Positions 49,774 to 62,591 of a stretch of 64,000 nt of DNA are shown piece after piece. The stretch spans positions 28,193,809 to 28,257,808 of the forward strand of contig NC_068988.1 of assembly GCF_001194135.2 (NCBI RefSeq), given 5' to 3'. Origin of the DNA: Octopus bimaculoides (Eukaryota). Numbering within the stretch: position 1 is the stretch's first letter; each line of letters begins with the position of its first letter. The notes under the pieces are model-generated. The model did no database searches and was not told where the DNA came from. It worked only from the letters and a program-made list of their open reading frames with translations. The translations under genes were made by a program, and so were the position numbers.

Positions 49774-52700
49774 CACACAAACATACACATACATACAGAC
49801 CACACACAGTTGTAGACATACATATCTCAGACCATTGAAAGAATGACAGTTATTGTTAGTAAGAGAGCAACATTTGACAGTTTAATAAGATGGGACTGCT
49901 ACTCTCAGCAAAGTCTCTACAGAGTGTTAAAGCCATTCTGTCTGACCAGGTCACACAATGGACAAACAATATTAACAAGTGGATGGAAAATAATAACCCA
50001 ATCAAAACAGACATCTTGAAAATGAATAGAGATGAATAAAGTTTTGTGGAAGTAAATAAAAAATAAAAAAGGCTCAAAAAAGAAATCGATGATTGATGAA
50101 TTACAGAGATTAGTTTGAATTGATGAGGTGAATCAAACTATATTCCACTTTGACTGGGTTGTCACCGGACCAGTTAGCTGGAGACGTTTTTGGAAAAAAG
50201 GTTTAAGTTTCAAGTCACTTCTTGGCTGTTTCTGTTTAACAGCCACTGAAAGTAACTATCGTCGCAGATTGATAAGAGGACATTTGTTTTTTTTTATACA
50301 ATAACATCTGACACTGAAATATACTTGCTCTGTTTTCATTGAAAAAAAAAATACATATTGAATTTTTATTAAGAAGTATTTCATTTTAGCAACACATTTT
50401 GTGCTTTGTCGGAATCAAAAACAATTTTTAAAGTGTGAAAAAAAAAAAAAAAATAGATGGGGGAGAGAATTGGTTCTGGGGATAATTAAAGAATTAAGAA
50501 TCTGGTCCTAATTATCATCCATTGTTTTGAGAGAAAGAAACAAAAACTTACCTTTGGCCAGACAGATTTTTTTAATGTAAAATGAAGAACAGTAGGACAC
50601 CAACACCACACAAAGAAAGGCCAGAAGTTAATAGATTATTAAACTGAGTGGGGGACCAGTGTAAATGTAATTTCAATATTATTTATAAGAGGGTAATTTA
50701 GAATCACTAAAGTTAATATCTGTACAGCAGCAACACTGGCGAAAACGATAAAAATAAATAGACTTGAAGGAATGTAATTCTAGCAAACTCTAGGAGCTGA
50801 AATAATTCTGAATATTCTTTTCTGATGTATTTCTAGCAATAGTTATTTTGTGCTGAGTTAAGAAAAGGACACAGAAAGCACTTTTCAGAAAGAATGGTTT
50901 ATAACATATGGTAATAATAGAATTATTAGTTATTATTATAACAATAACAAATTTGGTGGATTTGGGTTGGAGAAGACAAAAAGAAGACAGCAACCAACAA
51001 ATTAATCAGAAATATTCTGAGCATTGAATCACCTTTCCTTTCATTTGGAAAGATTAAATGAGAATTTAAATAGAAATATTAGTTGAATATTTGAAAAGAA
51101 AATACCTTTCATGAAGCCAGTAAAATTATTTGTCAAAGAGGTTAAATGTTCATCCTTTCTTCAACTGAAGCAACAGTTCAAAGGATGGGTGATTATCCCT
51201 TATTCTGGATATCCTTAAGTAGATGAAAGATAAAGCTTCCCCTTGCTTAATATTTAGTCTATTACAGGTTAACTTTTACCCAGGCAGGCTAGAGACTCGT
51301 TTTTCAGCTAAATAGACTGAAACAAGAGTTAAATAACTTGCCCAAGAACATACAATGTCACCAGAACATCATTAATAGATGACCCAAATGTGAAGCGTTT
51401 ATGATACAAACACAAGTCTGTATTCAATCACTTTCCTTTGTACCTCTCTTACCACTGATTATCAAGCTGTTAAAACAAAATTAAACTTAATTATTCATCA
51501 TTTCAAGTGATGGATTTTGATTTTCAATCGTGAAACCACGATAATCTTTAAAATGCAATATCTTAAAATTGATAATCAATAATTAAAAATCAAAATAGGA
51601 CATATTTTTGACCCAATGTTTAATGAGACAGCAAAGCTGATTGGCTGCTAGGCATTCAGTAAGGTAGTGAATTATTGAATTATAAGCTGTTGATTCGATG
51701 CAGCTAATAATAGCAGCTGTTTCATAACATTTTCAAAGACTGCCACTAGTATATGTATTAGTGACCGCTCAGTCTGTTCACTGAACCAGTTCATTCTAAC
51801 ACTTTTTATCTTCAAAGATATATTGAATGTTGACTGGTACACCAACACTACATTCCTCTCAACTTGAATGCTTTTTTTTTGTTTGTAATATTTTGTTAAT
51901 ACTGATCCTGTCAATATCAAGAAGGAAGTTAAAATAAACATGTATAATTAAGAGCAATCACTGAATTACCTTTGAAGAAGTTGTAAAATTTGTGTAACTG
52001 AGTCTACATCACAGAAAGAAGTAAAATAATCGTAGCCTACTAACACTAAGTGATACCAAATAGAAATTCTGAAACAGATTTTAAAAGAAAAGCCTAAATA
52101 TGAGAGGATGATTAAAGAATTCTCAAATAGAAAAGAAGTACCTGGTTCTCAATATACAAGGAGGAAGGAAAAAAAAAAACTCTAAAACATTGTTCATTAT
52201 ATATAAGAATATATTATTGCCTGAATTCCCAAATTACTTTCAAGCAAAACTTATATAATTTAGTTAAAATGGTATTACACAAAGTAGAGAGTGGTCAATA
52301 CTTGTAGTCTCAAGTATGTACAAAATTATCTGTATGTGTGTGTGTGCATGCATATTAAGATATAAAATTTCACATCTTCGTTACTTGATTGATTAGCTGA
52401 AGATCATTCTTAGCCTCTCATAAAACTTGAATAATGGAGCTGTGAAGTTTTAAATCTCAACTATATATATATATATATACGCACACACACACACGTACAT
52501 ACACATATATGCATATATATATACACACACATACATATGCACATGTGTGTGTGTATGCAAGATGGAATTTAGAAGTTTGTTTTATAGCTTGATTATGGAA
52601 GAGGCCAAAGATTCAACGTTCTGTTCACACATTGTTCCATAAAACATATTTAGCATATTTAAATACATCAGGTTATGAAATTGATTAGAAACATTACAAA

Positions 52701-53433
52701 CATTAATGCTGAATGGCTGTTACACGCTAACCACAAAACCATAGAGACATTAAAAATTCCCAGTAAGTTTCATAGAAATATAACTCCCAAACAACCAGCA
52801 TATGTGGTGCAGTTCTTGAAAGACATCTCAGATTATACTGCAAGCCTGCCTGTAACAACATATCCGCAGATTAATACATCTCAACTGTGATACTTAAAAT
52901 GCTGTCGATTCCAAAAGCATTCCATGACAAAACAGCAGAACGAAACCTGGGGAAACATTAGATGTGTTTGAACCAGAAGGAATTCTTCAGATATAGCTTA
53001 TTTCAGTATAATATGCTGATCTCATTATGGCATTAAAGAAAAGCAACTACAACTGGAGGCTTATTATTGTAACAGTCAAAATTTGTGACAAAACAATTTT
53101 CAAGAATTAAAAAAAAAAAAAAAAAAAATTTCAAGGACAAAATATAATACATCTGAAAGTTGACAAAATCTGTTTCAACTGTTTTGACTGTGACTTCCTC
53201 TCAGTTTGCTGCCTGCCACTTCATTGAGGGGGGGAGACAATTGCTCCAAGACAATCCATATGTACAAATGGTACCGAGAGTCAGGTACTTTAATTGGTGT
53301 CAGAGGCGAATGCTTTCACTGGGGAAATAAACAACAACGAAACACACCATTAATATTATAATCCAATACAAAGAAATGCAACACAAAAACAAACAAACAA
53401 ATAAAAAAGGAAAACAAGAAATGAATTTAATAT

Positions 53434-53582
53434 GTGATATCGACCCCAGGACTTATTCTTTGTAAGCCTAGAACTTATTCTATCGATCACTTTTGCCGAA
53501 CCACTAAGTTACGGGGACGTAAACACACCAGCATCGGTTGTCAAGCAATGTTGGGGGGACAAACACAGACACACAAGCATAT

Positions 53583-53624
<42 letters not shown>

Positions 53625-53789
53625 GACGGGCTTCTTTCAGTTTACGTCTACCAAATCCACTCACAAGGCTTTGGTCGGCCTGAGGCTATAGTAGAAGACA
53701 CTTGCCCAAGGTGCCACGCAGTGGGACTGAACCCGGAACCATGTGGTTTGTAAGCAAGCTACTTACCACACAGCCACTCCTACGCCTAT
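53434..53789 (-). mobile_element. Near full-length, young family A SINE
   Basis: tcgaccccaggacttattctttgtaagcc..(TA)n..gacgggcttctttcag..ccacacagccactcctacgcct; many CpGs retained. Confidence 0.9.
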
Positions 53790-54097
53790 ATAAAGTTATT
53801 TACAGAGATGTACTTGCATAGCAAGTAACTTGATCTAAGATCATGTGCTGAAACAAAAACAATTGCAGTGTGGAAGGTATTTATAAGCCATTTAAAAACA
53901 CATAAAAAAACCGTTAGATTCACTTCAACATTTAAATTTAATTTGTGTCAAAATATTTTCGTTGCTTTGAAACCATGACCTGCTCACTGACACTGCAGCA
54001 CGAAATTTTGTCAGTGAACAGGTCGTGGTTGGAAAACGACGAAAATATTTTGACACAAATTAAATTCAAATGTTGAAGTGAATCTATAAAGTTATTT
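53789..54097. mobile_element. Hairpin-bearing element bounded by 13-bp direct repeats
   Basis: Inverted arms of about 78 bp spanning 53915-54086. tataaagttattt occurs at 53789-53801 and 54085-54097. Confidence 0.75.
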
Positions 54098-54645
54098 ATT
54101 TATTTATAAATTAAGTGTGGATACATAGAGAAAAGGAAAATGAAAATAGAATCAAGACATCCATTGTGGTTCAACCATCTCTTTGTTCAAATGTTGATCA
54201 ATATATATAACTTAACTTAAGGGAAATGGTATGAATTTAGATACATAAAAAGCGTAGTGAATGTCGCGTGAAAAACTTCTTTAATTGAAATTATTTTTAA
54301 TGACCACCAAAGGAAAGGAAATAATTTTCAAGAATTACTTTCTCTAATTCAATCTAGAAGCTATGGAAAAGCCTGATCTTTGTAAGCAAGGGACAATCTA
54401 TGGATATGCTTTGGTCTACAAGACCTCATAGTTATAACCTCAAATACTTGAAGCAAAGATTTTTACACAGAAAAAAAAAGAATAAGTATAATTTTTAGCC
54501 AGTGTAATTTGCATAATTATAAAATAAAAAGAATGAGTAAAGGGAAGTAACTCCTAATTATTTGACAACATCTTTTAATTACACAATTCAAAACTGACTG
54601 AAACTCATTCAGAAAACCTTTTCTCTCTTAGAATAATCTTTGTCA

Positions 54646-54712
54646 CTAATTGATTAAACAAGCTTGAATAGACTGATGAAGTTTAGTAGACTGAAACATG
54701 CTCCTAGATATC
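54646..54712 (-). CDS. CAP-Gly protein, probable terminal exon (RISRSMFQSTKLHQSIQACLIN*)
   Basis: Very strong acceptor tctc(t)n-acttgcag|. The phase 2 needed by the AG|gtaaga donor at 55605 gives 21 codons and then TAG. Confidence 0.45.
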
Positions 54713-55600
54713 CTGCAAGTAAAAAAAAAAGAGACTAGACTTTGCCTCATCATGTAAATTATCTTTGAGAGTCACTAACAACAGCCAGGATTTTGTCTTA
54801 TTTTCTACAAAAAGGAAATTTTCATTTCCTGATTTCACAGCAAGTTCTGTGAAAGCAATGTGTGCTGTAATATTACAGAGTAATTTATAATGTTGCAGAA
54901 TAATTCACTAAGTGACTGACTAAACGATTGATGGAAGGGGTAGGAGGTGATGGTGCCTTTAGCCAAAAAAGTCTACCAGTTAAGAAGGACAATAAGGTAA
55001 GCAGGTGGGGAGTCTATAATAGCAAGGTAAACAAAGAGAGATTATGTTTCTCAGCAGGAGAGAGGTTAAGTCAAGGGAGATAATAGGAGAGCCCTCTGAT
55101 ATGTAAGCTATCTTTAACATTCACCTACCGACATGGATAAAGAACATTCTTGATAAAAAATGCAAACAATCACCCATACACATAGTTTTTACCTATTATT
55201 TCCCTTGACTAAGCTCTCCTCTGCTGAGAAACATAACTCTCCTACTTTGCTTACTTTCACATTTCATCATACTCACTTGCATACTCTCTTACTCATTGTC
55301 TCCCTTGACTGATAAACCTGCTTTTTGGCTGAAAAAAGCATTCCCTCTTATTAGTTTCTGTTTTCTATTCATGCATCCACCATGCTGCTAATGCTGTTAA
55401 TATTGCCTTCATGCAACTGTCTTCTGTAGTTTTCCAGTTACAGGGATCATTGTCTTAAATTCTCAACTCTTCTTTGTTTCTTCCTTACAGTGTAAAACTA
55501 ATTTTTGTTCCTGAAAATTACTTTTGATATTTTCTGAGACCAGCTTCCTGTTTTCTAAAACAAACTTAGTTTCTTAGTAAGGATGTCTGATTATTGATTC

Positions 55601-55771
55601 TTACCTTAAAAGTGCTACTTGCTCTTCAATCTCTACCTCATTGCTGTCATTTTTTACTCTAGTTTTTCTACACGAGAATTGGTCCAAAATATCAGCACCT
55701 GAATTGCACAGGGGCTCAGAAGTTTCTTTGCTTGGAACAGACATACCTAAAGCTTGTTTAATACTGGAAAC
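55601..55771 (-). CDS. CAP-Gly protein exon (VSSIKQALGMSVP...EEQVALLR); ends at TAA 55601 or splices at 55605
   Basis: ttttttgtttttag| acceptor in phase 0; 56 open codons. Confidence 0.7.
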   Translation of the reverse strand, partial: VSSIKQALGMSVPSKETSEPLCNSGADILDQFSCRKTRVKNDSNEVEIEEQVALLR

Positions 55772-56900
55772 CTAAAAACAAAAAATTAACATTGTGTTTA
55801 CAATTAATGGAAAAATGACAGAGTAAGAAGAATGATAGAATGACATTTTTACAGAGGGAATTAGTGTAATTAGTACATTTGATAGTAATTGAACTCATGA
55901 AGCTATTTCAAACTGTACTTTCATTGCATATAAAGAAATTTAAGAACATATATGTCTTAGGTACTTAGGTAGATCTGTCTTTCTGTGTGCACGTGTGTGT
56001 GTGTGTGTGTGTGTATCATCATTTTAATGTTCACTTTTCATGCTTGCATCAGTGAAATGGAGTTTTTTGAGGTAGATTTTCTACAGACAGATTCTCTTCC
56101 TGTTTGCCAATCATCACCTGTCTCCAAGCAACGTAATATTTCCCCATAGTCTGATATGTTTTTGCTGAATATTGCCAGACATGTTTCTCACAAAAGACTG
56201 AAAACAAACAACATTGCTTGTATGATGGTGATGCTTGTTTACAATCATTGCAAGATGCCAAGACAAGAGTTCACACACACACACTAGGCTTCTTTCAGTT
56301 TCCATCTACCAAATCTACTCACAAAACTTTGGTTGGTCCAAGGCTATAGTAAAAGACACTTGTCCAAGGTGCTACACAGTGGGACTGAACTTGAGACCAC
56401 ATGGTGGGAAACAAACTACCCAACCATCTGGGAATGCTTCACATATGTGTTTGGAAGAGGTGTAACAGGGCATTATTGACAAACTGTCTTTATAATTTCT
56501 CCCCACCCCTCTCACTTTATCTCTTTCTCTCTCTTAGCTGAGAGAACCTTGTTTTGTGAGCTTGTGCCACATAAAAAACAGCTATGCTGGTGCCATGTAA
56601 AAAAGCACCTGGTACACTCTGTAAAGTGGTTGGCATGAGGAAGAGCATTCAGCTGTAGAAACCATGCCAAAACAGGCAATGAAACCTGGCACAGCTCCTG
56701 GCCTTGCCAGCCCCTGTCAAACTGCTCAACCCATGCCAATATGGAAACCGTTGTTTGATGATGATGATGATGATGATATACAATGGGTCCATAATTGAGA
56801 GGCACCTAGGGAAAGGAGTGAAAACAATGAGTAAATGAAAGAAAACAGTCGAAAGAAAGAGGAATATAACAGCAGCAGCAGCTACCTTGTGATAAATTAC

Positions 56901-57004
56901 CTTTTTAACCAAGCAAACAACCTCATTGAAGGTGACAAACATACCATAATCTTTTAGACATTCAAAGTATCTTTTTCCACTGAAAAAGCCGTCGTTGACC
57001 CCAA
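56901..57004 (-). CDS. CAP-Gly domain, second half
   Basis: (V)GVNDGFFSGKRYFECLKDYGMFVTFNEVVCLVKK; tttttttccag| and AAG|gtaatt. Confidence 0.92.
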
Positions 57005-57397
57005 CTGGAAAAAAAGAGAAAGAATTTGGGGGACATTGAACAGAATGAAATTCAAAATATATTGGTAGAGAATTTACTTTATGAACTGATATGCTTCTAC
57101 TGGTTTCTATTTCCCATGCTGGAGCACTGCCTCCACAGATTTCTCTTCTTTTTCAATCAGTTATATTGCTCTCAGTACTTTTTCTCATATATATTTTTCC
57201 CATCCTTATATATACTAAATGGTTAAGTTTACCCGAGCTTCATTCTTTTGCGGTGTTATCACTTTTGTATGAACTACATGTCATTTAAAATGACACAAAC
57301 ATATATGTGCATGCGCACACACACACACTGATGTTCCACAAACACTGCTATGTGGTCGTGAAGCAGGTTTTAATCTGACTGCCATGCCTGCACCCAA

Positions 57398-57429
<32 letters not shown>

Positions 57430-57479
57430 AACTAGTCTTTTGAGAGTGGAGAAGGGTTAGAAAAGAGCAAAGCTTTTAC

Positions 57480-57616
57480 CTGGGGCATCAAGTTCCAAAC
57501 CAATAAACACTGTATTTGCTGAATCCATCTTATCAAGATGACCAATGTAACGGATATGTCCTGTCCGGTTTCCACGTACCATAATATGGTCATTTAATCG
57601 GACATGTAGCGTTGGA
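57480..57616 (-). CDS. CAP-Gly domain, first half
   Basis: PTLHVRLNDHIMVRGNRTGHIRYIGHLDKMDSANTVFIGLELDAP; (t)n-cag| and G|gtaaaa. Confidence 0.92.
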
Positions 57617-58498
57617 CTGAAAAAAAAAAGAAAAAAGAAAAAAATTTAAATAATTTGAAAGAGCCATTTATATATCTTATTTAATGTAAATACATCCTGA
57701 TAGGCAAAATTGCTGCAGTATTTGTGCAGAAATAACATCTTTTATGAATGTACTGTCTGTATAAACATAATATATGATGGAGGCAGACACAAATCATTTC
57801 AGCAGCAGCAAACAACAATGTTAGATGTATTTTGGCCCCACAATACTAGTGAATGTTTTTTCACTGTTTTCCTATATATCAGAGGCAACAAATCTCATTT
57901 TAGCATGCAGCTGGCTGCGAGTACATGCCATTAACAAAGCTCACTGTGGCCAAAAATGCATTTGGCGTCCTAGCTACTGCTTGGTCAATTTTCGTCTCCC
58001 TCCATATGTATTGTTTTTAAACAAAATACATCCATAACATGTTATTTCTGGAAAAATACTGCAGTGAATTTGCCTTTCAATGGCGTATATACATTAAGTA
58101 TGATATACAGATGGAAATTTTAATTTAATACTGTTTCTATGGCATATAATGGATAAAATATTCTATTTTCATAGAATTCATTGGAAAATGTCACACCTGG
58201 TGTTGTGAAATGCCAAAAATAGACAAGAGAAAAAAAAAAACTAATTATATTTTTTGGACTTTTTCATTTCAAGATTTTCATAGAATAACATAAAGAGGAG
58301 AATAAATTAAAACTTCAACAATAAAACTATTCAAAAATGATTCTGTTTATAGAATGAGTTTCCAATTGCATTCAGCATCAAGAGACTGGTTTACAATAAT
58401 TGTAATGGGTGAGAAAATAATGGATAATTGAAGTCAGAACCANNNNNNNNNNTCTTCTTCTTCTTATTATTATTCAATACATTTGTCATGAACCTTAC

Positions 58499-58663
58499 CT
58501 CACAGGGTAGGACCGAATCAGTTGATCTGTTGTAGGCAATCTTCCATCAGAACCAGCAGTTGCAACTGCCTGCATACAGGACTCACATTTACATAATGGC
58601 AAAGGACAAGCAAATGGATTCCGCACTGGTTTCTTAGGAACAGCAGGGCAAACTTTTCGAGAT
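58499..58663 (-). CDS. CAP-Gly protein exon, Pro/Cys-rich
   Basis: SRKVCPAVPKKPVRNPFACPLPLCKCESCMQAVATAGSDGRLPTTDQLIRSYPV; tattttag| and AG|gtaagg, phase 2 to 2. Confidence 0.85.
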
Positions 58664-59128
58664 CTAAAATACAAAAAAAAAAAAACAACTGAAAAATAAG
58701 TAAAAGATGCAAGCCTGTCTGTAGGTTACCTCCCTTCGGAATACAGTCTTTTTTTTAGCAACATTGCCACTTATTCATGGTGCTAGGATATCATTTTAAA
58801 ACTGGGTTTTTAACACGTTAACTGCCATGGCCTGTTACTGGAACCTTCCAGTGTCACCCCGGGGGAGGGGGTGTCGATGTAATCGACTTGTACCCTCCCC
58901 AAAATGGCTGCCCTTGTGACAAAATTATTATTACTATTATTATTATTATTATTGAGTGAGAGAGCAGTGCATGCCATCAAAGTGACACTGGGGTAAAATA
59001 TACAAAGCCCAATATACCCATCATGACTACCCGTCTGATAAGGGTACACCAGGAACATGCATCACAACCATTACTATTATTATTATTATTATCATTATTT
59101 ATTATCTCTTTTAAGATTTATCACTTAC

Positions 59129-59370
59129 CCATTTACCAAACTTGGGGTGGAAGTCAAATCTTGCTGAGATTGCAAAGGAGAGCACTGACGTCCGAAAATC
59201 TTCACTTGTTCTTTTACTCTTCCTTTGACAATCATCACATCAGGCTCCTCCTGAGAATCTTTGATGGGAACTGACACACTGGGAATGGGTTGTACAATTT
59301 GGACAGCAGCTGGCAGTGGTGAGGTGATAAATGAAGGCTGCTCTGCTGGTTGAGATGAGAGTTGATTCGT
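59129..59370 (-). CDS. CAP-Gly protein exon, Pro/Ser/Gln-rich
   Basis: TNQLSSQPAEQPSFITSPLP...VKGRVKEQVKIFGRQCSP...TPSLVN; ctccctccag| and GG|gtaagt, phase 0 to 2. Confidence 0.85.
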
Positions 59371-60122
59371 CTGGAGGGAGATACAAATGCAAATGGCAGA
59401 GGACAGACATTATTAAGCTGGCTACAAATAAAACTCTTCTTTTCCCTTTCCTTTTATTTTTACTTGTTTCATTCATTAGACTGTGGCCATGCTGGAGCAT
59501 GACTTCAAAGGATAAATTGATCTGACTCTAGTACTTCTTTTAAAGTTTGGTAGCTATTCTTTCAGTCTCCTTTGCCAAACCGCTAAGTTTACAAACCAAT
59601 ACCAGTCGTCAAGTGGTGGTGGGAGAACAAACAGAAACAAAAATCAGACACACACATATTGTATATATATATATATATATATAAGGCATTCAGCCGTAGA
59701 AACCATGCCACAACAGATAGCTGGAGCCTGGACAGCTCCCAGCTAGTCAGCTCTATGTCAAAATACCCAACCCATGCCGGCATGGAAAGCAGATGTTAAA
59801 CAATGATGATGATGATGATATACAGCAGGCTTCTACACAATTTCCATCAACCAAATTCACTCACAAGGTATCGGTCGGCTTGAGGCTACAGTAGAAGACA
59901 TTTGCCCAAGGTGCCATGTAGTGGGACTGAACCTGAATCCACATGGTGGCAAAGTAAGTTTTTAATTATATCCACTCTTGTACCTAAAACCTCGACCATC
60001 TCTGGTCAATGATCATTTTAAAGACAACCTTCTGTAGGTGATTGCAATAATGGTGCTATCATACCAAGGGGGTCAGGGGTCGGGCATCGATAATAACAGG
60101 AGTTTTAAACAAGCAAACTTAC

Positions 60123-60211
60123 TTCTAATTCTTTTATTTTTCTTTTTAATACTTCAATTTCTTGTAAAGCATCAGCAAGATTTTCAGCTAACTTTCGACT
60201 TGATTGACTAT
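60123..60211 (-). CDS. CAP-Gly protein exon, coiled coil
   Basis: SQSSRKLAENLADALQEIEVLKRKIKELE; tttattaatctcag| and GAA|gtaagt, phase 1 to 0. Confidence 0.85.
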
Positions 60212-60774
60212 CTGAGATTAATAAATAAAATCATAAATCATAAGTCAAACAACAGCAACAACAACAAAATCAAGTACAATGGAAGATAAGCCTTTTTAAG
60301 TTTGAATTTCATTTACTATTTCACTCAGGTAGAAATAACAACAATGTCCCAAACAAACCAAATTTCTATATTTAATACACTTAAATAAAAAAAAGAAGCT
60401 ATCTCCATATTTCTTGTTTAAGAGTTACAAAGCTTTTTTTAGCTGGAATAAATTAATTACAAGATGATGTACTAAGCAGTGTTGGATGAAATATAATTAT
60501 GTGCAGTCACATTTGAAATGTCTGAATGCATTTCCTTCAATGCAGCCCAATGCGACTCTGATTAATGATATATTCCAGCTGGACAAAGCTTTCTGCACAT
60601 CAGCAAATGTAGCATTTGCTATTAAGTGTGACCAGCTCTTATTTGCCTTATTGTCCTACCGTCTGGTGATGCCGTTCACGGTCTAGTGGTGTGTTTACAC
60701 CCATATTGTCCTAAAGGAAAATTTTTTTTCTCTCAAGACAATTCAGGCAGTGTATTGTTTTTCCATATCCAGTG

Positions 60775-61216
60775 CCAGTGGAGCACTAACAGCACCGTCC
60801 GAGTGTGATCATTGCCAGAGCAGCTGTCTGGCTTCCGTGCTAGTGGCACGTAAATAGCACCATTTGAGCGTGATCATTACTAGCGTCGCCTTACTGGCAC
60901 GTTTAGAAAATCATTCAAGCGAGGTTGTTGTCAGTGCCTCTGGACTGGCTCCTGTGCAGCTGGCACGTAAAAAACACCATTTTGAGCGTGGCCGTTGCCA
61001 CTACCGCCTGACTGGCCCTCATGCCAGTGGCACATAAAAGCACCCACTACACTCTCGGAGGGTTGGCATTAGGAAGGGCATCCAGCTGTAGAAACTCTGC
61101 CAGATCAGATTGGAGCCTGGTGCAGCCATCCGGTTCACCAGTACTCAGTCAAATCGTCCAACCTATGCTAGCATGGAAGGCAGACGTTAAACAATGATGA
61201 TGATGATGATGATGAT
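60775..61216 (+). mobile_element. Long family C SINE with tandemly reiterated 5' modules
   Basis: Repeated ggcacgtaaa(t/a)agcaccat(t)tgagcgtg modules, then the common 3' end and a (GAT)n tail. Confidence 0.85.
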
Positions 61217-61470
61217 ATTAGGATATGACTCGACATAACCATGTTTCATAGCATGATATTTATACTGCTGTGTTGAAAGAGTTTTATATCAAATTCTTCC
61301 TATAAGAACTTAAAGCAAGAAATTGCAACAGCAATGTGAAATTTACAGATCAGTTAAATACTACAAGATACCATTTTCTTACTTTATCTACATTCTACGT
61401 TAGCTTATGCTAATAACAAAGGAAATACAGATGTGTTGAGTGAAGAAACAGAAGTGTTTCAACAACTTAC

Positions 61471-61532
61471 AATTGTCTTCGTCTTCAATGGAAGGTGACA
61501 GAAGACATTGCACTTCTTTGGAAACCGTTGCA
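61471..61532 (-). CDS. CAP-Gly protein small exon (ATVSKEVQCLLSPSIEDEDN)
   Basis: tattttttttcag| and T|gtaagt. Phase 2 to 1 exactly bridges the neighbouring exons. Confidence 0.8.
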
Positions 61533-61874
61533 CTGAAAAAAATATAAGATAAAAAATAATCAGTTTTAATGGTGTAACTTGAAGCAGATAAAGCTATAAA
61601 TAATAACATGTAGATAATTGGTTAAAAGAACTCCTGGGTGGAAAAGCTGAAGGCTGCAGCTGGGATCCAAACTTACATCTTCCATAGATATGACAGGGTG
61701 TACTACCATGGAACCAAAGCAATTCTTTGAATTTTTTCCATCTATTCCAGAAGCTTTGTTCTTACCAACAAAAATTGTATATTGTTTACATCATAAGAAT
61801 ATAGAAACTTTGACAGATGTGAAATAAATATTTTTTAAGAAGGGAACTTGAAGTAGATAAAGCTGTAGATAATA

Positions 61875-61926
<52 letters not shown>

Positions 61927-62296
61927 AGTTAAAAAGCCCCTTGGATAGAAAAAAAATCAAAGGCTGCTTGTGGGACTCGATATCTGCTGTAAATGACAGA
62001 CATTTTACCATCATACTGAAGCAATCTTTCAAAATTCTTCATCCATTTTAGAAGCCTATTCTTGCACCAGTGAAAATTGCATGTTGTTTACTTCATAAGA
62101 ATTTACCAACTTTGAGAAATATCGCATAAGTTAAAATATTGAATATTTCAGTTTTATACACAAATATATATATATATATGATAGATAGATAGATAGATAG
62201 ATAGATAGACAGATAGATATATGGGTGCCTTCGACAGTGCTGATGTATGTGACTTGATTGGTCTCTTCATCCTAGATATGCTAAAAAAGAAATTCC

Positions 62297-62591
62297 CTTC
62301 AACTTGTACACAGACAAGTGTACCCTTAACGTAGTTCTCGGGGATATTCAGCGTGACACAGTGTGACAAGGCTGGCCCTTTGAATTACAGGCACAACAGA
62401 AACAGGAAGTAAGAGTGAGAGAAAGTCGTGGTGAAAGAGTACAGCAGGGTTTGCCACCATCCCCTGCTGGAGCATCGTGGAGCTTGAGGTGTTTTCGCTC
62501 AATAAACACTCACAATGCCCAGTCTGGGAATCGAAACCGTGATCCCATGACCGCGAGTCTGCTGTCTTAACCACTGGGCCATTGCGCCTCC
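62297..62591 (-). mobile_element. tRNA-derived SINE, family B
   Basis: Near-identical to 1-271. Confidence 0.9.

Noticed and set aside
56901-57616. Naming the CAP-Gly gene KIF13B, CYLD, CLIP1 or TBCB
   Set aside because: None of their diagnostic domains is visible, and the GKNDG motif is altered.
60660-60710. Extra exon after a good acceptor (tttcctttag|) in the CAP-Gly gene
   Set aside because: After the 62-nt exon it gives an immediate TGA. Spliced directly from the large exon it gives KTIWV*, but I found no - strand poly(A) signal nearby. Unsupported without reads.
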